Assembly: GCF_017348835.2 (NCBI RefSeq) | Contig: NZ_CP071375.1 | Reading direction: 5' to 3' (one strand) | From: Escherichia coli | Lineage (GTDB): Bacteria; Pseudomonadota; Gammaproteobacteria; Enterobacterales; Enterobacteriaceae | Length of the DNA: 64,000 nucleotides | Shown here: positions 21,423-30,982 of the stretch, piece after piece | Layout of the letters: each line of letters opens with the position of its first letter | How positions within the stretch are numbered: position 1 is the first letter of the stretch | Position numbers and translations under genes: made by a program | The notes under the pieces: model-generated | What the model was told of the DNA's origin: nothing | What the model saw: only the letters and a program-made list of their open reading frames with translations | Database searches by the model: none

Positions 21423-21966
21423 GCATCACTGGAAAGTAGAAAAACAGCCTGAGTGTTACGTGAAAGCTGTCAGAAAAACTATCGCAGCGTTGCCGGGGGG
21501 GTACGCTGAAGCTGCTGACTGGCTGGATGTAACAGAGAACGCATTATTTAACCGCCTTCGTGCCGATGGCGATCAGATTTTCCCGCTGGGATGGGCAATG
21601 ATTTTGCAACGTGCTGGTGGAACTCACTTCATTGCTGACGCTGTGGCGCAGTCTGCAAATGGCGTCTTTGTGTCTCTTCCTGATGTCGAGGATGTGGACA
21701 ACGCCGATATCAACCAACGCCTGCTGGAAGTCATTGAACAGATCGGCAGTTATTCAAAACAGATTCGTTCAGCAATTGAAGACGGTGTAGTGGAACCGCA
21801 TGAGAAGACAGCAATTAACGATGAGCTGTACCTCTCAATTTCGAAGCTGCAGGAGCATGCAGCACTGGTCTACAAAATCTTTTGCGTTTCAGAAAGTAGT
21901 GACGCCCGCGAGTGTGCAGCTCCGGGCGCCGTGGCGTGTCGTGACTGTGGAGAAACTAACGCATGA
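21415..21966 (+). CDS. phage regulatory protein, possibly CII (CP76)-like
   Basis: 183-aa ORF directly after cro with overlapping start; family assignment from position and recalled similarity only. Confidence 0.4.
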   Translation: MGKHHWKVEKQPECYVKAVRKTIAALPGGYAEAADWLDVTENALFNRLRADGDQIFPLGWAMILQRAGGTHFIADAVAQSANGVFVSLPDVEDVDNADINQRLLEVIEQIGSYSKQIRSAIEDGVVEPHEKTAINDELYLSISKLQEHAALVYKIFCVSESSDARECAAPGAVACRDCGETNA

Positions 21967-22301
21967 ACAGTTTAACAACACACTACCGTCGCTCGCAACT
22001 GATTGCGCTTCCTGTACCGGGTGGAAAAGCGAAGGTGGAGTATTGCTATGCAGTAAATGTACCAGGTGACAGGGAAATTGTAACCCACAGCTTTGCAGAG
22101 TGGGCTGTGGGTGATTTCAACCGGCAGAAGGAGACAGTCCTTTGCGACAAGTTAACCGCTGGTTCAAAGATCACTACGGAGTGCCCGTCAGAGTCATTCG
22201 TTGGGAGCCGGAAACACAACGGGTTATCTACCTCCGTGAAGGCTATGAGCATGAGTGCTTCAGCCCGCTCGAACAGTTTCGTCGTAAATTCAGGGAAATA
22301 G
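21963..22301 (+). CDS. hypothetical ORF in a region with three overlapping protein-like frames
   Basis: ATGA coupling to upstream gene; C-terminal half looks non-coding while frame +2 carries protein-like sequence with no ATG; see findings. Confidence 0.3.
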   Translation: MNSLTTHYRRSQLIALPVPGGKAKVEYCYAVNVPGDREIVTHSFAEWAVGDFNRQKETVLCDKLTAGSKITTECPSESFVGSRKHNGLSTSVKAMSMSASARSNSFVVNSGK

Positions 22302-22310
22302 AGGTCGGTC

Positions 22311-23252
22311 ATGAGCACTAAATTAACCGGCTATGTATGGGATGGTTGCGCTGCGTCAGGCATGAAATTATCCAGCGTGGCAATTATGGCCCGCCTGGCT
22401 GATTTCAGTAATGACGAAGGTGTGTGCTGGCCATCAATTGAAACCATTGCCCGTCAGATTGGCGCGGGGATGAGTACCGTCAGAACGGCTATCGCACGGC
22501 TGGAAGCAGAAGGCTGGTTAACGCGTAAGGCGCGTCGCCAGGGTAACCGCAATGCGTCGAATGTTTATCAGCTTAACGTTGCGAAGCTTCAGGCAGCGGC
22601 ATTTTCTCAACTGTCAGATTCTGACCCGTCAAAATCTGACGCATCAAAATCTGACCCGTCAAAATTTGATGCGTCGAAATCTGGCAAAAAAGCGGGTTTT
22701 CACCCGTCAGAATCTGGCGGGGATCCGTCAGTAAAATCAAAACATGATCCGTCAGATAAAAAAACTTCTCGTCCGGACGCTTCGCAACCGGACACGCAGA
22801 AGGCTGAACAGGAGTTTTTAACTCGCCATCCTGATGCGGTTGTATTCAGCCCTAAAAAGCGCCAGTGGGGAACGCAGGATGATTTGACCTGCGCACAGTG
22901 GCTCTGGAAAAAAATCATCGCCCTGTACGAGCAGGCCGCCGAATGTGACGGCGAGGTGGTTCGTCCCAAAGAACCGAACTGGACAGCCTGGGCAAACGAA
23001 ATTCGCCTGATGTGTGTGCAGGATGGTCGTACTCACAAACAAATCTGCGAGATGTACAGCCGCGTCAGCCGCGATCCGTTCTGGTGCCGTAACGTGCTCA
23101 GCCCGTCGAAGCTGCGGGAAAAATGGGATGAGCTTTCCCTGCGCTTATCGCCGTCCGTCAGCACGTACACCGAAAAACGCGAAGACCCGTACTTCAAAGC
23201 CAGTTACGACAACGTGGACTACAGCCAGATCCCGGCAGGATTCAGGGGGTGA
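22311..23252 (+). CDS. phage replication initiator (O-like, N-terminal HTH)
   Basis: 313-aa; N-terminal winged-helix/HTH_36-like region (MSTVRTAIARLEAEGWL), internal iteron-encoded linker; follows cro/cII. Confidence 0.7.
   Translation: MSTKLTGYVWDGCAASGMKLSSVAIMARLADFSNDEGVCWPSIETIARQIGAGMSTVRTAIARLEAEGWLTRKARRQGNRNASNVYQLNVAKLQAAAFSQLSDSDPSKSDASKSDPSKFDASKSGKKAGFHPSESGGDPSVKSKHDPSDKKTSRPDASQPDTQKAEQEFLTRHPDAVVFSPKKRQWGTQDDLTCAQWLWKKIIALYEQAAECDGEVVRPKEPNWTAWANEIRLMCVQDGRTHKQICEMYSRVSRDPFWCRNVLSPSKLREKWDELSLRLSPSVSTYTEKREDPYFKASYDNVDYSQIPAGFRG
22606..22760. repeat. iteron-like direct repeats inside the replication gene (candidate ori)
   Basis: Four tandem 15-nt units tgacccgtcaaaatc / tgacgcatcaaaatc / tgacccgtcaaaatt / tgatgcgtcgaaatc (22622-22681), then degenerate ccgtcag units and an A-rich tract. 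Confidence 0.5.
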
Positions 23253-23743
23253 TCATGAGTCTTTTGAATGACGTTCAGAAATTCATTGAAGCCCATCCGG
23301 GCTGTACTTCCGGAGACATTGCGGATGCTTTTGCAGGTTACTCACGGCAGCGCGTTCTGCAGTCAGCAAGCAAGTTACGTCAGAGTGGGCGTGTGGCTCA
23401 CCGTTGTGAAGGAGATACACACAGACATTTCCCGCGCCTGACTGAGAGAGCGCAGGATCCGGAACCACAACCAGTTCGTGAAACCAGACCTGTGCGCAAT
23501 TTCTATGTCGGCACTAACGACCCGCGGGTGATTTTGTGCCTGACCCGCCAGGCGGAAGAACTGGAGTCCAGGGGCTTATACCGTCGTGCTGCAACGGTGT
23601 GGATGGCGGCATTCCGTGAAAGCCACTCCCAGCAAGAGCGAAACAATTTTCTTGCGCGTCGTGAGCGGTGTTTACGGAAAAGCAGCAAGCGCGCTGTATC
23701 GGGTGAAGAGTGGTATCTGTCAGGGAATTACGTGGGGGCTTAA
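23249..23743 (+). CDS. hypothetical prophage protein with PerC-like motif
   Basis: 164-aa ORF, ATGA-coupled to the replication gene; segment EELESRGLYRRAATVWMAAF resembles PerC-family activators (recalled). Confidence 0.4.
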   Translation: MIMSLLNDVQKFIEAHPGCTSGDIADAFAGYSRQRVLQSASKLRQSGRVAHRCEGDTHRHFPRLTERAQDPEPQPVRETRPVRNFYVGTNDPRVILCLTRQAEELESRGLYRRAATVWMAAFRESHSQQERNNFLARRERCLRKSSKRAVSGEEWYLSGNYVGA

Positions 23744-24069
23744 TGACGACGTTAACTCAATGCCAGCAGCAGGTGCTGGATATGCTGATTTCTTACCAGA
23801 AAGAACGTGGCTTCCCGCCAACCAATCAGGAGGTGGCTACCATGCTGGGATACCGTTCAGTGAATGCAGCGGTGGAGCATCTTCGCGCACTGGAGAAAAA
23901 AGGCGTCATCACGATAAAGCGTGGCGTGGCCCGGGGCATCACGCTTCATACCGCGGTGAAGGACGACGACAGCGAGGTGGCCGGGATTATCCGCGCACTG
24001 CTTGCTGGTGAGGAAAACGCCAGGCTGCGTGCAACCCACTGGTTACATGAGAGGGGCCTGAAAGTATGA
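23743..24069 (+). CDS. LexA N-terminal DNA-binding-domain-like protein (no peptidase domain)
   Basis: 108-aa product from ATG 23743; winged-helix similarity to LexA DBD (LTQCQQQVLDMLISYQKERGFPPTNQEVATMLGYRSVNAAVEHLRALEKKGVI). Confidence 0.55.
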   Translation: MTTLTQCQQQVLDMLISYQKERGFPPTNQEVATMLGYRSVNAAVEHLRALEKKGVITIKRGVARGITLHTAVKDDDSEVAGIIRALLAGEENARLRATHWLHERGLKV

Positions 24070-24455
24070 AGCTGATCCTGCCTTTTCCGCCCAGCGTGAA
24101 CACGTACTGGCGACACCCCAACAAAGGGGCGTTTGCTGGTAAGAGCCTGATAAGCGCGGCGGGGCGAAAATTCCAGAGCGCGGCGTGCGCAGCAATAGTT
24201 GAGCAGTTACGTCGTCTGCCGAAACCAACGTCGGCACCTGCTTCAGTGGAGATCGTGTTGTTTCCTCCGGATAACAGGATCCGCGATCTGGACAACTATA
24301 ACAAGGCGCTGTTTGACGCCCTGACCCACGCGGGGGTGTGGGAAGACGACAGTCAGGTGAAAAGAATGCTGGTGGAGTGGGGACCGGTTATCCCGGAAGG
24401 GAAGGTCGAGATCACTATCAGTAAGTACGAGAAAACGGCGGGTGCAGCTGCCTGA
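24066..24455 (+). CDS. rusA: RusA-family Holliday junction resolvase
   Basis: 129-aa; RusA motifs including DLDN and acidic catalytic residues. Confidence 0.8.
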   Translation: MKLILPFPPSVNTYWRHPNKGAFAGKSLISAAGRKFQSAACAAIVEQLRRLPKPTSAPASVEIVLFPPDNRIRDLDNYNKALFDALTHAGVWEDDSQVKRMLVEWGPVIPEGKVEITISKYEKTAGAAA

Positions 24456-24474
24456 TCAAGAGGAGAAACGAAGT

Positions 24475-25284
24475 ATGAATAATCTGATGGTCATTGATGG
24501 TATTGAAGTTCGTCGTGATGCTTATGGGCGTTACAGCCTGAACGATCTGCATCGCGCAGCAGTAGCATCTGGTGCAAATGCCAGAACCAAGGAGCCAGGA
24601 AAGTTTCTTTCCAGCCAACAAACTGTTGAGCTTGTTCATGAATTAACCAACACCCAGAATTTGGGTGTTGACCCGGTGAGTGTGATTCATGGGGGAAATG
24701 AACGGGGAACGTATGTCTGTAAGGAACTGGTGTATGCCTATGCAATGTGGATCAGCCCGTCATTCCATCTGAAGGTGATCCGTACTTTCGATATGGTAAC
24801 CAGCGCGCCGGAAAAGTTATCCGGACAGGTTGCTGACAAGATGCAGGCTGGCGTGATTCTGCTGGACTTTATGCGCCGGGAGTTAAATCTGTCTAACTCA
24901 TCTGTGCTTGGGGCCTGTCAGAAACTCCAGGAGGCTGTTGGCTTACCGAATCTGGCACCGCGCTATGCCATTGATGCACCTGCTGACGCGCCTGATGGCT
25001 CAAGCCGCCCGACGCTGTCGCTGAGTGCACTGCTGAAGCAGTATGGTATCCGCCTGACGGCTAATCAGGCATATCACCAGATGGCGAAGCTGGGGATCGT
25101 TGAACAACGCGAACGATACAGCCGTACCGCGATTAACAACATCAAAAAATTCTGGTCGCTGACAGCGAAAGGTTGCATGTTCGGCAAGAACATCACCAGT
25201 CCCGCAAATCCGCGCGAGACGCAGCCGCATTTCTTCGAATCCCGATTCCCTGAGCTGTTAAAGCTGCTCGATACCGTTCATTGA
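24475..25284 (+). CDS. KilA-N domain protein (antirepressor-like)
   Basis: 269-aa from ATG 24475 with RBS aggag; N-terminal KilA-N/APSES-like domain. Confidence 0.65.
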   Translation: MNNLMVIDGIEVRRDAYGRYSLNDLHRAAVASGANARTKEPGKFLSSQQTVELVHELTNTQNLGVDPVSVIHGGNERGTYVCKELVYAYAMWISPSFHLKVIRTFDMVTSAPEKLSGQVADKMQAGVILLDFMRRELNLSNSSVLGACQKLQEAVGLPNLAPRYAIDAPADAPDGSSRPTLSLSALLKQYGIRLTANQAYHQMAKLGIVEQRERYSRTAINNIKKFWSLTAKGCMFGKNITSPANPRETQPHFFESRFPELLKLLDTVH

Positions 25285-25285
25285 G

Positions 25286-26281
25286 GTGAACGTGAGAGCG
25301 CTACTGACCCCCGAGATTGCCCCGCGTATGGGGATCGTATTGTTCAGACCCGGTTCAGAGCTGATGCCCCTGTTTATGCAGGGGCGTGTCCTGCTGGAGC
25401 CTGAGCCGGAACGTTATTCATCTTTTGCCAGTGGTGCCGTTCCGGCTGCATCACAACCGCTGGCGGATGATCCTGCCGTTCGGGCCGTGTTCCGCAATGA
25501 GGCAGTGATCCGTCGTGCTGGTGGCGTGGAATGTCTTGAAAGCTGGTTACTTCGTGAAAAAGGCTGCCAGTGGCCTCATTCCGACTGGCACAGCGAGAAC
25601 ATGACCACAATGCGACACGCGCCGGGCGCAATCCGTCTGTGCTGGCACTGCGATAACCAACTGCGCGATCAGTTCACGGAACGGCTGGAATCAATGGCAA
25701 CGGATAACTGTGCCCGCTGGGTGTTGTCTGTTGTGCGTCGGGATCTCGGTTTTGATGACAGTCACGTTGTGACAATGCCGGAACTGTGCTGGTGGCTGAT
25801 TCGTAATGATCTGGCGGATACCTTACCGGAAAGTGCAGCCCGTAAGGCACTGAGATTACCGAAGCCTTTTGTGCCGTCTGTCACCCGGGAAAGTGACCTG
25901 GTGCCTTCGGTTCCTGCCACCAGCATCATCCAGAATAAAGCGAAAAAGGTGCTGGCGCTGAAAGTGGATCCGGAGTCGCCGGACTCTTTTATGTTACGCC
26001 CAAAACGTCGCCGCTGGGTTAATGAAAAGTACACGCGATGGGTTAAGACGCAGCCGTGCGCATGTTGTGGAAAACCTGCTGATGATCCCCACCACCTGAT
26101 AGGCCACGGTCAGGGTGGAATGGGGACAAAAGCGCATGACCTCTTTGTGTTGCCTTTGTGCAGAAAGCATCACGACGAGCTGCATGCGGATACTGTGGCA
26201 TTCGAAGAGAAGTATGGCTCCCAGCTGGAGCTGATATTTCGTTTTATCGATCGTGCGCTGGCGATTGGTGTGCTGGCCTGA
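25286..26281 (+). CDS. DUF968-like prophage protein with C-terminal Cys/His (HNH-like) cluster
   Basis: 331-aa; C-terminus [18 protein letters not shown]...CRKHHDELH. Confidence 0.55.
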   Translation: MNVRALLTPEIAPRMGIVLFRPGSELMPLFMQGRVLLEPEPERYSSFASGAVPAASQPLADDPAVRAVFRNEAVIRRAGGVECLESWLLREKGCQWPHSDWHSENMTTMRHAPGAIRLCWHCDNQLRDQFTERLESMATDNCARWVLSVVRRDLGFDDSHVVTMPELCWWLIRNDLADTLPESAARKALRLPKPFVPSVTRESDLVPSVPATSIIQNKAKKVLALKVDPESPDSFMLRPKRRRWVNEKYTRWVKTQPCACCGKPADDPHHLIGHGQGGMGTKAHDLFVLPLCRKHHDELHADTVAFEEKYGSQLELIFRFIDRALAIGVLA

Positions 26282-26298
26282 TTTTGTGGAGAAAGTTG

Positions 26299-26682
26299 AT
26301 GCGTGATATTCAGATGGTTCTTGAGCGTTGGGGAGCGTGGGCGGCTAATAATCATGAAGATGTGACTTGGTCGTCCATTGCCGCCGGTTTTAAGGGATTA
26401 ATTCCTTCAAAAGTAAAATCTCGCCCACAATGTTGTGACGATGACGCGATGATCATTTGCGGGTGCATGGCCCGTCTGAAAAAGAACAACAGCGACTTGC
26501 ACGATTTATTAGTAGATTATTATGTAGTCGGTATGACATTCATGTCACTGGCAGGTAAGCATTGCTGCTCTGATGGTTATATCGGGAAAAGGTTACAGAA
26601 GGCTGAGGGCATAATTGAAGGGATGTTAATGGCATTAGATATCCGGTTAGAGATGGATATCGTTGTTAATAACTCTAATTAA
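26299..26682 (+). CDS. quuD: late-gene antiterminator Q (DLP12 quuD-like)
   Basis: 127-aa product from ATG 26299 ([22 protein letters not shown]...); position before the lysis cassette. Confidence 0.75.
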   Translation: MRDIQMVLERWGAWAANNHEDVTWSSIAAGFKGLIPSKVKSRPQCCDDDAMIICGCMARLKKNNSDLHDLLVDYYVVGMTFMSLAGKHCCSDGYIGKRLQKAEGIIEGMLMALDIRLEMDIVVNNSN

Positions 26683-26715
26683 TATGCCAATTGTTTACTA
26701 AAAATTATTAAAAAT

Positions 26716-26733
26716 GGGGCGTTGCAACGCCCC
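26716..26733. terminator. 18-bp perfect palindrome hairpin between Q and nmpC
   Basis: ggggcgttg/caacgcccc; T-rich tract on the minus-strand side. Confidence 0.4.
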
Positions 26734-26829
26734 CAAAAATAAAGGGTAATATATAACAGAAGGTTTATATAGTTAGAAGCAAGGTTGTGCTCCTAAAGGA
26801 AGTGGCTTGAGGGAGCCACTTATATGTTG

Positions 26830-26860
26830 GGGAGGCAAAGCCTCCCGCAACATATCTTTT
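26830..26860 (+). terminator. candidate tR'-like terminator downstream of Q
   Basis: Stem ggaggc/gcctcc (26830-26846) followed by TTTT at 26857-26860. Confidence 0.35.
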
Positions 26861-26870
26861 AGTAATCAAA

Positions 26871-27953
26871 TTAGAACTGGTAAACCATACCTACAGCAAC
26901 GATATCATCGGTAGCAACGCCAGATGCTTTCGTGAAATCGCTCTTATCAATCAGGTTGATTTTGTAATCAACAAAAGTGGACATATTTTTGTTGAAGTAA
27001 TAGGTTGCACCTACATCAATATATTCAACCAGGTCCTGATCACCCCACGCACCCAAGTCTTTTCCTTTAGATTGCAGGTAAGCAACGGACGGACGCAGAC
27101 CGAAGTCGAACTGATATTGTGCAACTACTTCGAAGTTTTGTGCTTTGTTGGCAATATGGTTATTACCAAAAACAGTCATGTTCTGGGTTTCAGAATAGGT
27201 GGTAGCCAGATAGATGTTGTTCGCATCATATTTCAGACCAGCTGCCCATACTTCAGCATTTTGACCAGATGCATTCAGGCTGTTGTTACCGTAGATAACC
27301 TGATTATTAGTGCGGTCAGATTTAGCATAGGTTGCACCTACACCGAATCCTTCATACTCATACGTAGTGGAGAAACCGAAACCATCACCATTAGCTTCAG
27401 TTACGTCAGTGCGGTCATTTTTACCCTGATACTGAGCAGCAAAGTTCAGACCATCAACCAGACCAAAGAAGTCGTTGTTACGATAAGTTGCAACACCAGT
27501 GGTGCGACCAGTCATGAACACATCTGTTTGGGTCCAGGTATCGCCACCGAATTCTGGCAGAACGTCAGTCCACGCACCGATGTCATATGCTACACCGTAG
27601 TTACGGCCGTAATCGATTGAGCCGTAGTCCCCGAATTTCAGGCCTGCAAATGCAAGACGGGTTTTGTCTTTGGAGGAGCCTTGAGATTCAGCGCGGTTGC
27701 CTTTGAATTCATATTCCCACTGACCGAAACCAGTCAGTTGATCGTTGATTTGGGTTTCACCTTTGAAGCCAAGACGGGCATAAGTAGTATCACCATCATC
27801 TGCATCATTAGAGGAGAAGTAGTGCTTGGCATTAACTTTCCCATATAGATCCAGCTTGTTACTGTCTTTATTATAAATTTCAGCTGCCTGAGCAGACATC
27901 GCCATCAGTACTGATGCGGCTACAGCAGAAATTGCCACTGTTAATTTTTTCAT
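26871..27953 (-). CDS. nmpC: outer membrane general porin (NmpC/OmpD-like), intact
   Basis: 360-aa 16-strand porin with signal peptide and C-terminal ...VGMVYQF. Confidence 0.9.
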   Translation of the reverse strand: MKKLTVAISAVAASVLMAMSAQAAEIYNKDSNKLDLYGKVNAKHYFSSNDADDGDTTYARLGFKGETQINDQLTGFGQWEYEFKGNRAESQGSSKDKTRLAFAGLKFGDYGSIDYGRNYGVAYDIGAWTDVLPEFGGDTWTQTDVFMTGRTTGVATYRNNDFFGLVDGLNFAAQYQGKNDRTDVTEANGDGFGFSTTYEYEGFGVGATYAKSDRTNNQVIYGNNSLNASGQNAEVWAAGLKYDANNIYLATTYSETQNMTVFGNNHIANKAQNFEVVAQYQFDFGLRPSVAYLQSKGKDLGAWGDQDLVEYIDVGATYYFNKNMSTFVDYKINLIDKSDFTKASGVATDDIVAVGMVYQF

Positions 27954-28541
27954 CGTGAGCCCTTTTTTTTGAACTATTATTAAAAAATGATGTCACTGCG
28001 CGATAAATATTCATCTAATCAATGTGATTATTTCAAGATGTAAGTTTTAGTTTCTCATTTAATTTGTGAGGTAGATCTCTATTTTTATCTGAACTTTTTC
28101 TATCGAAACCTATTTATGGCTCTTATTTGAACAAAAATAAACCTATTAGCTAATTTATATTAATGGCTGTTATTTATGGAGGTTCTATAATTCGGCGGTT
28201 TAATTTAAATCAACTAAAAATAACGGCGGAAATTATTTGTAGGATATTTGTTGAGGTTTTCTTATGTATTTGTGGTGGTGTTTTGAACACTCGGTAGCAT
28301 TCTCATAAATATCATTCAGTGGTTTACGTACGTAAAAAATTGGTTATGCTGTTAAGAGTGGTTACTTCGTCACACAGCTTAAACCCGCCGTCGAGCTGGT
28401 TTTTCCATTTTTTGAGTCTCGATATTAGCTGATAACTCAATACCTGAGTTATTCACTGACTCCGAGTCTGTTACGTTTCTGCTTTTTTGCGATACGTTGT
28501 ATTCCCTCAATTTACACCCGCTTTGTCTGCGAGGTGGGGTT

Positions 28542-28757
28542 ATGAAATCCATGGATAAGTTAACAACGGGTGTCGCCTATGGCACCTCAGCAGGTAGTGC
28601 CGGTTACTGGTTTTTACAGCTGCTCGATAAAGTTACGCCCTCACAGTGGGCAGCAATAGGTGTGCTGGGTAGCCTGGTATTTGGCCTGCTGACGTACCTG
28701 ACAAACCTTTATTTCAAGATTAAAGAAGATAAGCGCAAGGCTGCGAGAGGTGAATAA
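28542..28757 (+). CDS. essD: pinholin (phage 21 S-like) with dual start
   Basis: 71-aa with MKSMDK dual-start motif (ATG 28542 and 28551), RBS gaggtgggg, two TM segments. Confidence 0.85.
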
Positions 28758-29254
28758 TGCCTCCATCATTACGAAAAGCCGTTGCTGCTGCTATTGGTGG
28801 CGGAGCAATTGCTATAGCATCAGTGTTAATCACTGGCCCAAGTGGTAACGATGGTCTGGAAGGTGTCAGCTACATACCATACAAAGATATTGTTGGTGTA
28901 TGGACTGTATGTCACGGGCATACAGGAAAAGACATCATGCTCGGTAAAACGTATACCAAAGCAGAATGCAAAGCACTCTTGAATAAAGACCTTGCCACTG
29001 TCGCCAGACAAATTAACCCGTACATCGAAGTCGATATACCGGAAACAACGCGCGGCGCTCTTTACTCATTCGTTTACAACGTGGGTGCTGGCAATTTCAG
29101 AACATCGACGCTTCTTCGCAAAATAAACCAGGGCGATATCAAAGGCGCATGTGATCAGCTACGTCGCTGGACATACGCTGGCGGTAAGCAATGGAAAGGC
29201 CTGATGACTCGCCGTGAGATTGAGCGTGAAATCTGTTTGTGGGGTCAGCAATGA
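28757..29254 (+). CDS. rrrD: SAR endolysin (lysozyme)
   Basis: 165-aa; N-terminal signal-anchor-release segment, T4-lysozyme-like catalytic region. Confidence 0.85.
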   Translation: MPPSLRKAVAAAIGGGAIAIASVLITGPSGNDGLEGVSYIPYKDIVGVWTVCHGHTGKDIMLGKTYTKAECKALLNKDLATVARQINPYIEVDIPETTRGALYSFVYNVGAGNFRTSTLLRKINQGDIKGACDQLRRWTYAGGKQWKGLMTRREIEREICLWGQQ

Positions 29255-29712
29255 ACAGAGTAACCGCGATTATCTCCGCTCTGGTTATCTGCATCATCGT
29301 CTGCCTGTCATGGGCTGTTAATCATTACCGTGATAACGCCATTACCTACAAAGCCCAGCGCGACAAAAATGCCAGAGAACTGAAGCTGGCGAACGCCACC
29401 ATTACTGACATGCAGCAGCGCCAGCGTGATGTTGCTGCACTGGATGAAAAATACACGAAGGAGTTAGCTAATGCGAAAGCTGAAAATGATGCTCTGCGTG
29501 ATGATGTTGCCGCTGGTCGTCGTCGGTTGCACATCAAAGCAGTCTGTCAGTCAGTGCGTGAAGCCACCACCGCCTCCGGCGTGGATAATGCAGCCTCCCC
29601 CCGACTGGCAGACACCGCTGAACGGGATTATTTCACCCTCAGAGAGAGGCTGATCACTATGCAAAAACAACTGGAAGGAACCCAGAAGTATATTAATGAG
29701 CAGTGCAGATAG
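29251..29712 (+). CDS. rzpD: spanin inner-membrane subunit (Rz)
   Basis: 153-aa from ATG 29251 overlapping the endolysin stop; N-terminal TM plus coiled-coil. Confidence 0.8.
   Translation: MNRVTAIISALVICIIVCLSWAVNHYRDNAITYKAQRDKNARELKLANATITDMQQRQRDVAALDEKYTKELANAKAENDALRDDVAAGRRRLHIKAVCQSVREATTASGVDNAASPRLADTAERDYFTLRERLITMQKQLEGTQKYINEQCR
29471..29653 (+). CDS. rzoD: spanin outer-membrane lipoprotein (Rz1) embedded in Rz in +1 frame
   Basis: 60-aa with lipobox (LVVVGC) and Pro-rich segment, wholly inside Rz. Confidence 0.75.
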   Translation: MRKLKMMLCVMMLPLVVVGCTSKQSVSQCVKPPPPPAWIMQPPPDWQTPLNGIISPSERG

Positions 29713-29743
29713 AGCTGCCCATATCGATGGGCAACTCATGCAA

Positions 29744-30037
29744 TTATTGTGAGCAATACACACGCGCTTCCAGCGGAGTATAAATGCCTAAAGTAATAAA
29801 ACCGAGCAATCCATTTACGAATGTTTGCTGGGTTTCTGTTTTAACAACATTTTCTGCGCCGCCACAAATTTTGGCTGCATCAACAGTTTTCTCCTGTCCA
29901 ATTCCCGAAACGAAGAAGTGATGGGTGATGGTTTCCTTTGGTGTTACTGCTGTCGGTTTGTTTCCAACAGTAAACGTCTGTTGAGCACATCCTGTAATAA
30001 GCATTGCCAGAGCGGCAGAAAACAACATTTTTTTCAT
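29744..30037 (-). CDS. bor: Bor lipoprotein
   Basis: 97-aa from ATG 30035-30037 (MKKMLFSAALAMLITGC lipobox). Confidence 0.85.
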   Translation of the reverse strand: MKKMLFSAALAMLITGCAQQTFTVGNKPTAVTPKETITHHFFVSGIGQEKTVDAAKICGGAENVVKTETQQTFVNGLLGFITLGIYTPLEARVYCSQ

Positions 30038-30399
30038 CTTATTATCCTGCATTGTTAAAAACGGCAGAATCCTATGTGACAACAATTAAACGATAATTAA
30101 ATGGATTGATGAAAATTAAAACTATATAGGTGTACGCTCAGACTATTGGAGGAAGTTGGGGACACTCAGAATCCTGTGGAATGAAATAAACCGGTCTATC
30201 CGTCTATTACCCTTTTAGCTGCGCTGTATCGTCGCCGTATTCCCGCATTAACCATGACCGTAGCCCGACGGGGAATTCCTTCTGCGTGAGTGTGCGGGAA
30301 TAATCAAAAACGATGCACACCGGGTTTTACTGTGCTGACAGACGCAGGGTTACCCTCATAGTCGCTTTTCCGGTGCGATGGTGGAAGAAACCGGGATGT

Positions 30400-30594
30400 T
30401 TATTCATCATCACTTTGGATTGATGTATATGCTCTCTTTTCTGACGTTAGTCTCCGACGGCAGGCTTCAATGACCCAGGCTGAGAAATTCCCGGACCCTT
30501 TTTGCTCAAGAGCGATGTTAATTTGTTCAATCATTTGGTTAGGAAAGCGGATGTTGCGGGTTGTTGTTCTGCGGGTTCTGTTCTTAGTTGACAT
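30400..30594 (-). CDS. DUF3950-family small protein (YlcI-like)
   Basis: 64-aa basic N-terminus; between bor and cos. Confidence 0.55.
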   Translation of the reverse strand: MSTKNRTRRTTTRNIRFPNQMIEQINIALEQKGSGNFSAWVIEACRRRLTSEKRAYTSIQSDDE

Positions 30595-30793
30595 GAGGTT
30601 GCCCCGTATTCAGTGTCGCTGATTTGTATTGTCTGAAGTTGTTTTTACGTTAAGTTGATGCAGATCAATTAATACGATACCTGCGTCATAATTGATTATT
30701 TGACGTGGTTTGATGGCGTAGATGCACGTTGTGACATGTAGATGATAATTATTATCATTTTGCGGGTCCTTTCCGGCGATCCGACAGGTTACG

Positions 30794-30805
30794 GGGCGGC
30801 GACCT
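30794..30805. other. cosN cohesive-end site
   Basis: ...ccgacaggttacg | GGGCGGCGACCT cgcgggttttcgctatttatgaaaattttccgg matches the lambda genome ends as recalled; terminase genes follow. Confidence 0.85.
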
Positions 30806-30982
30806 CGCGGGTTTTCGCTATTTATGAAAATTTTCCGGTTTAAGGCGTTTCCGTTCTTCTTCGTCGTAACTTAATGTTTTTATTTAAAACACCCTCTGAA
30901 AAGAAAGGAAACGACAGGTGCTGAAAACGAGCTTTTTGGCCTCTGTCGTTTCCTTTCTCTGTTTTTGTCCGTGGAATGAACA

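Noticed and set aside
22620-22690. Short tandem repeats considered as a CRISPR-like array
   Set aside because: Units are 15 nt with no spacers and lie in-frame inside the replication gene; interpreted as ori iterons.
30090-30400. Possible gene or ncRNA in the ~300 bp gap between bor and the ylcI-like gene
   Set aside because: No ORF of 60 aa or more and no convincing structured motif seen by eye; left unannotated.
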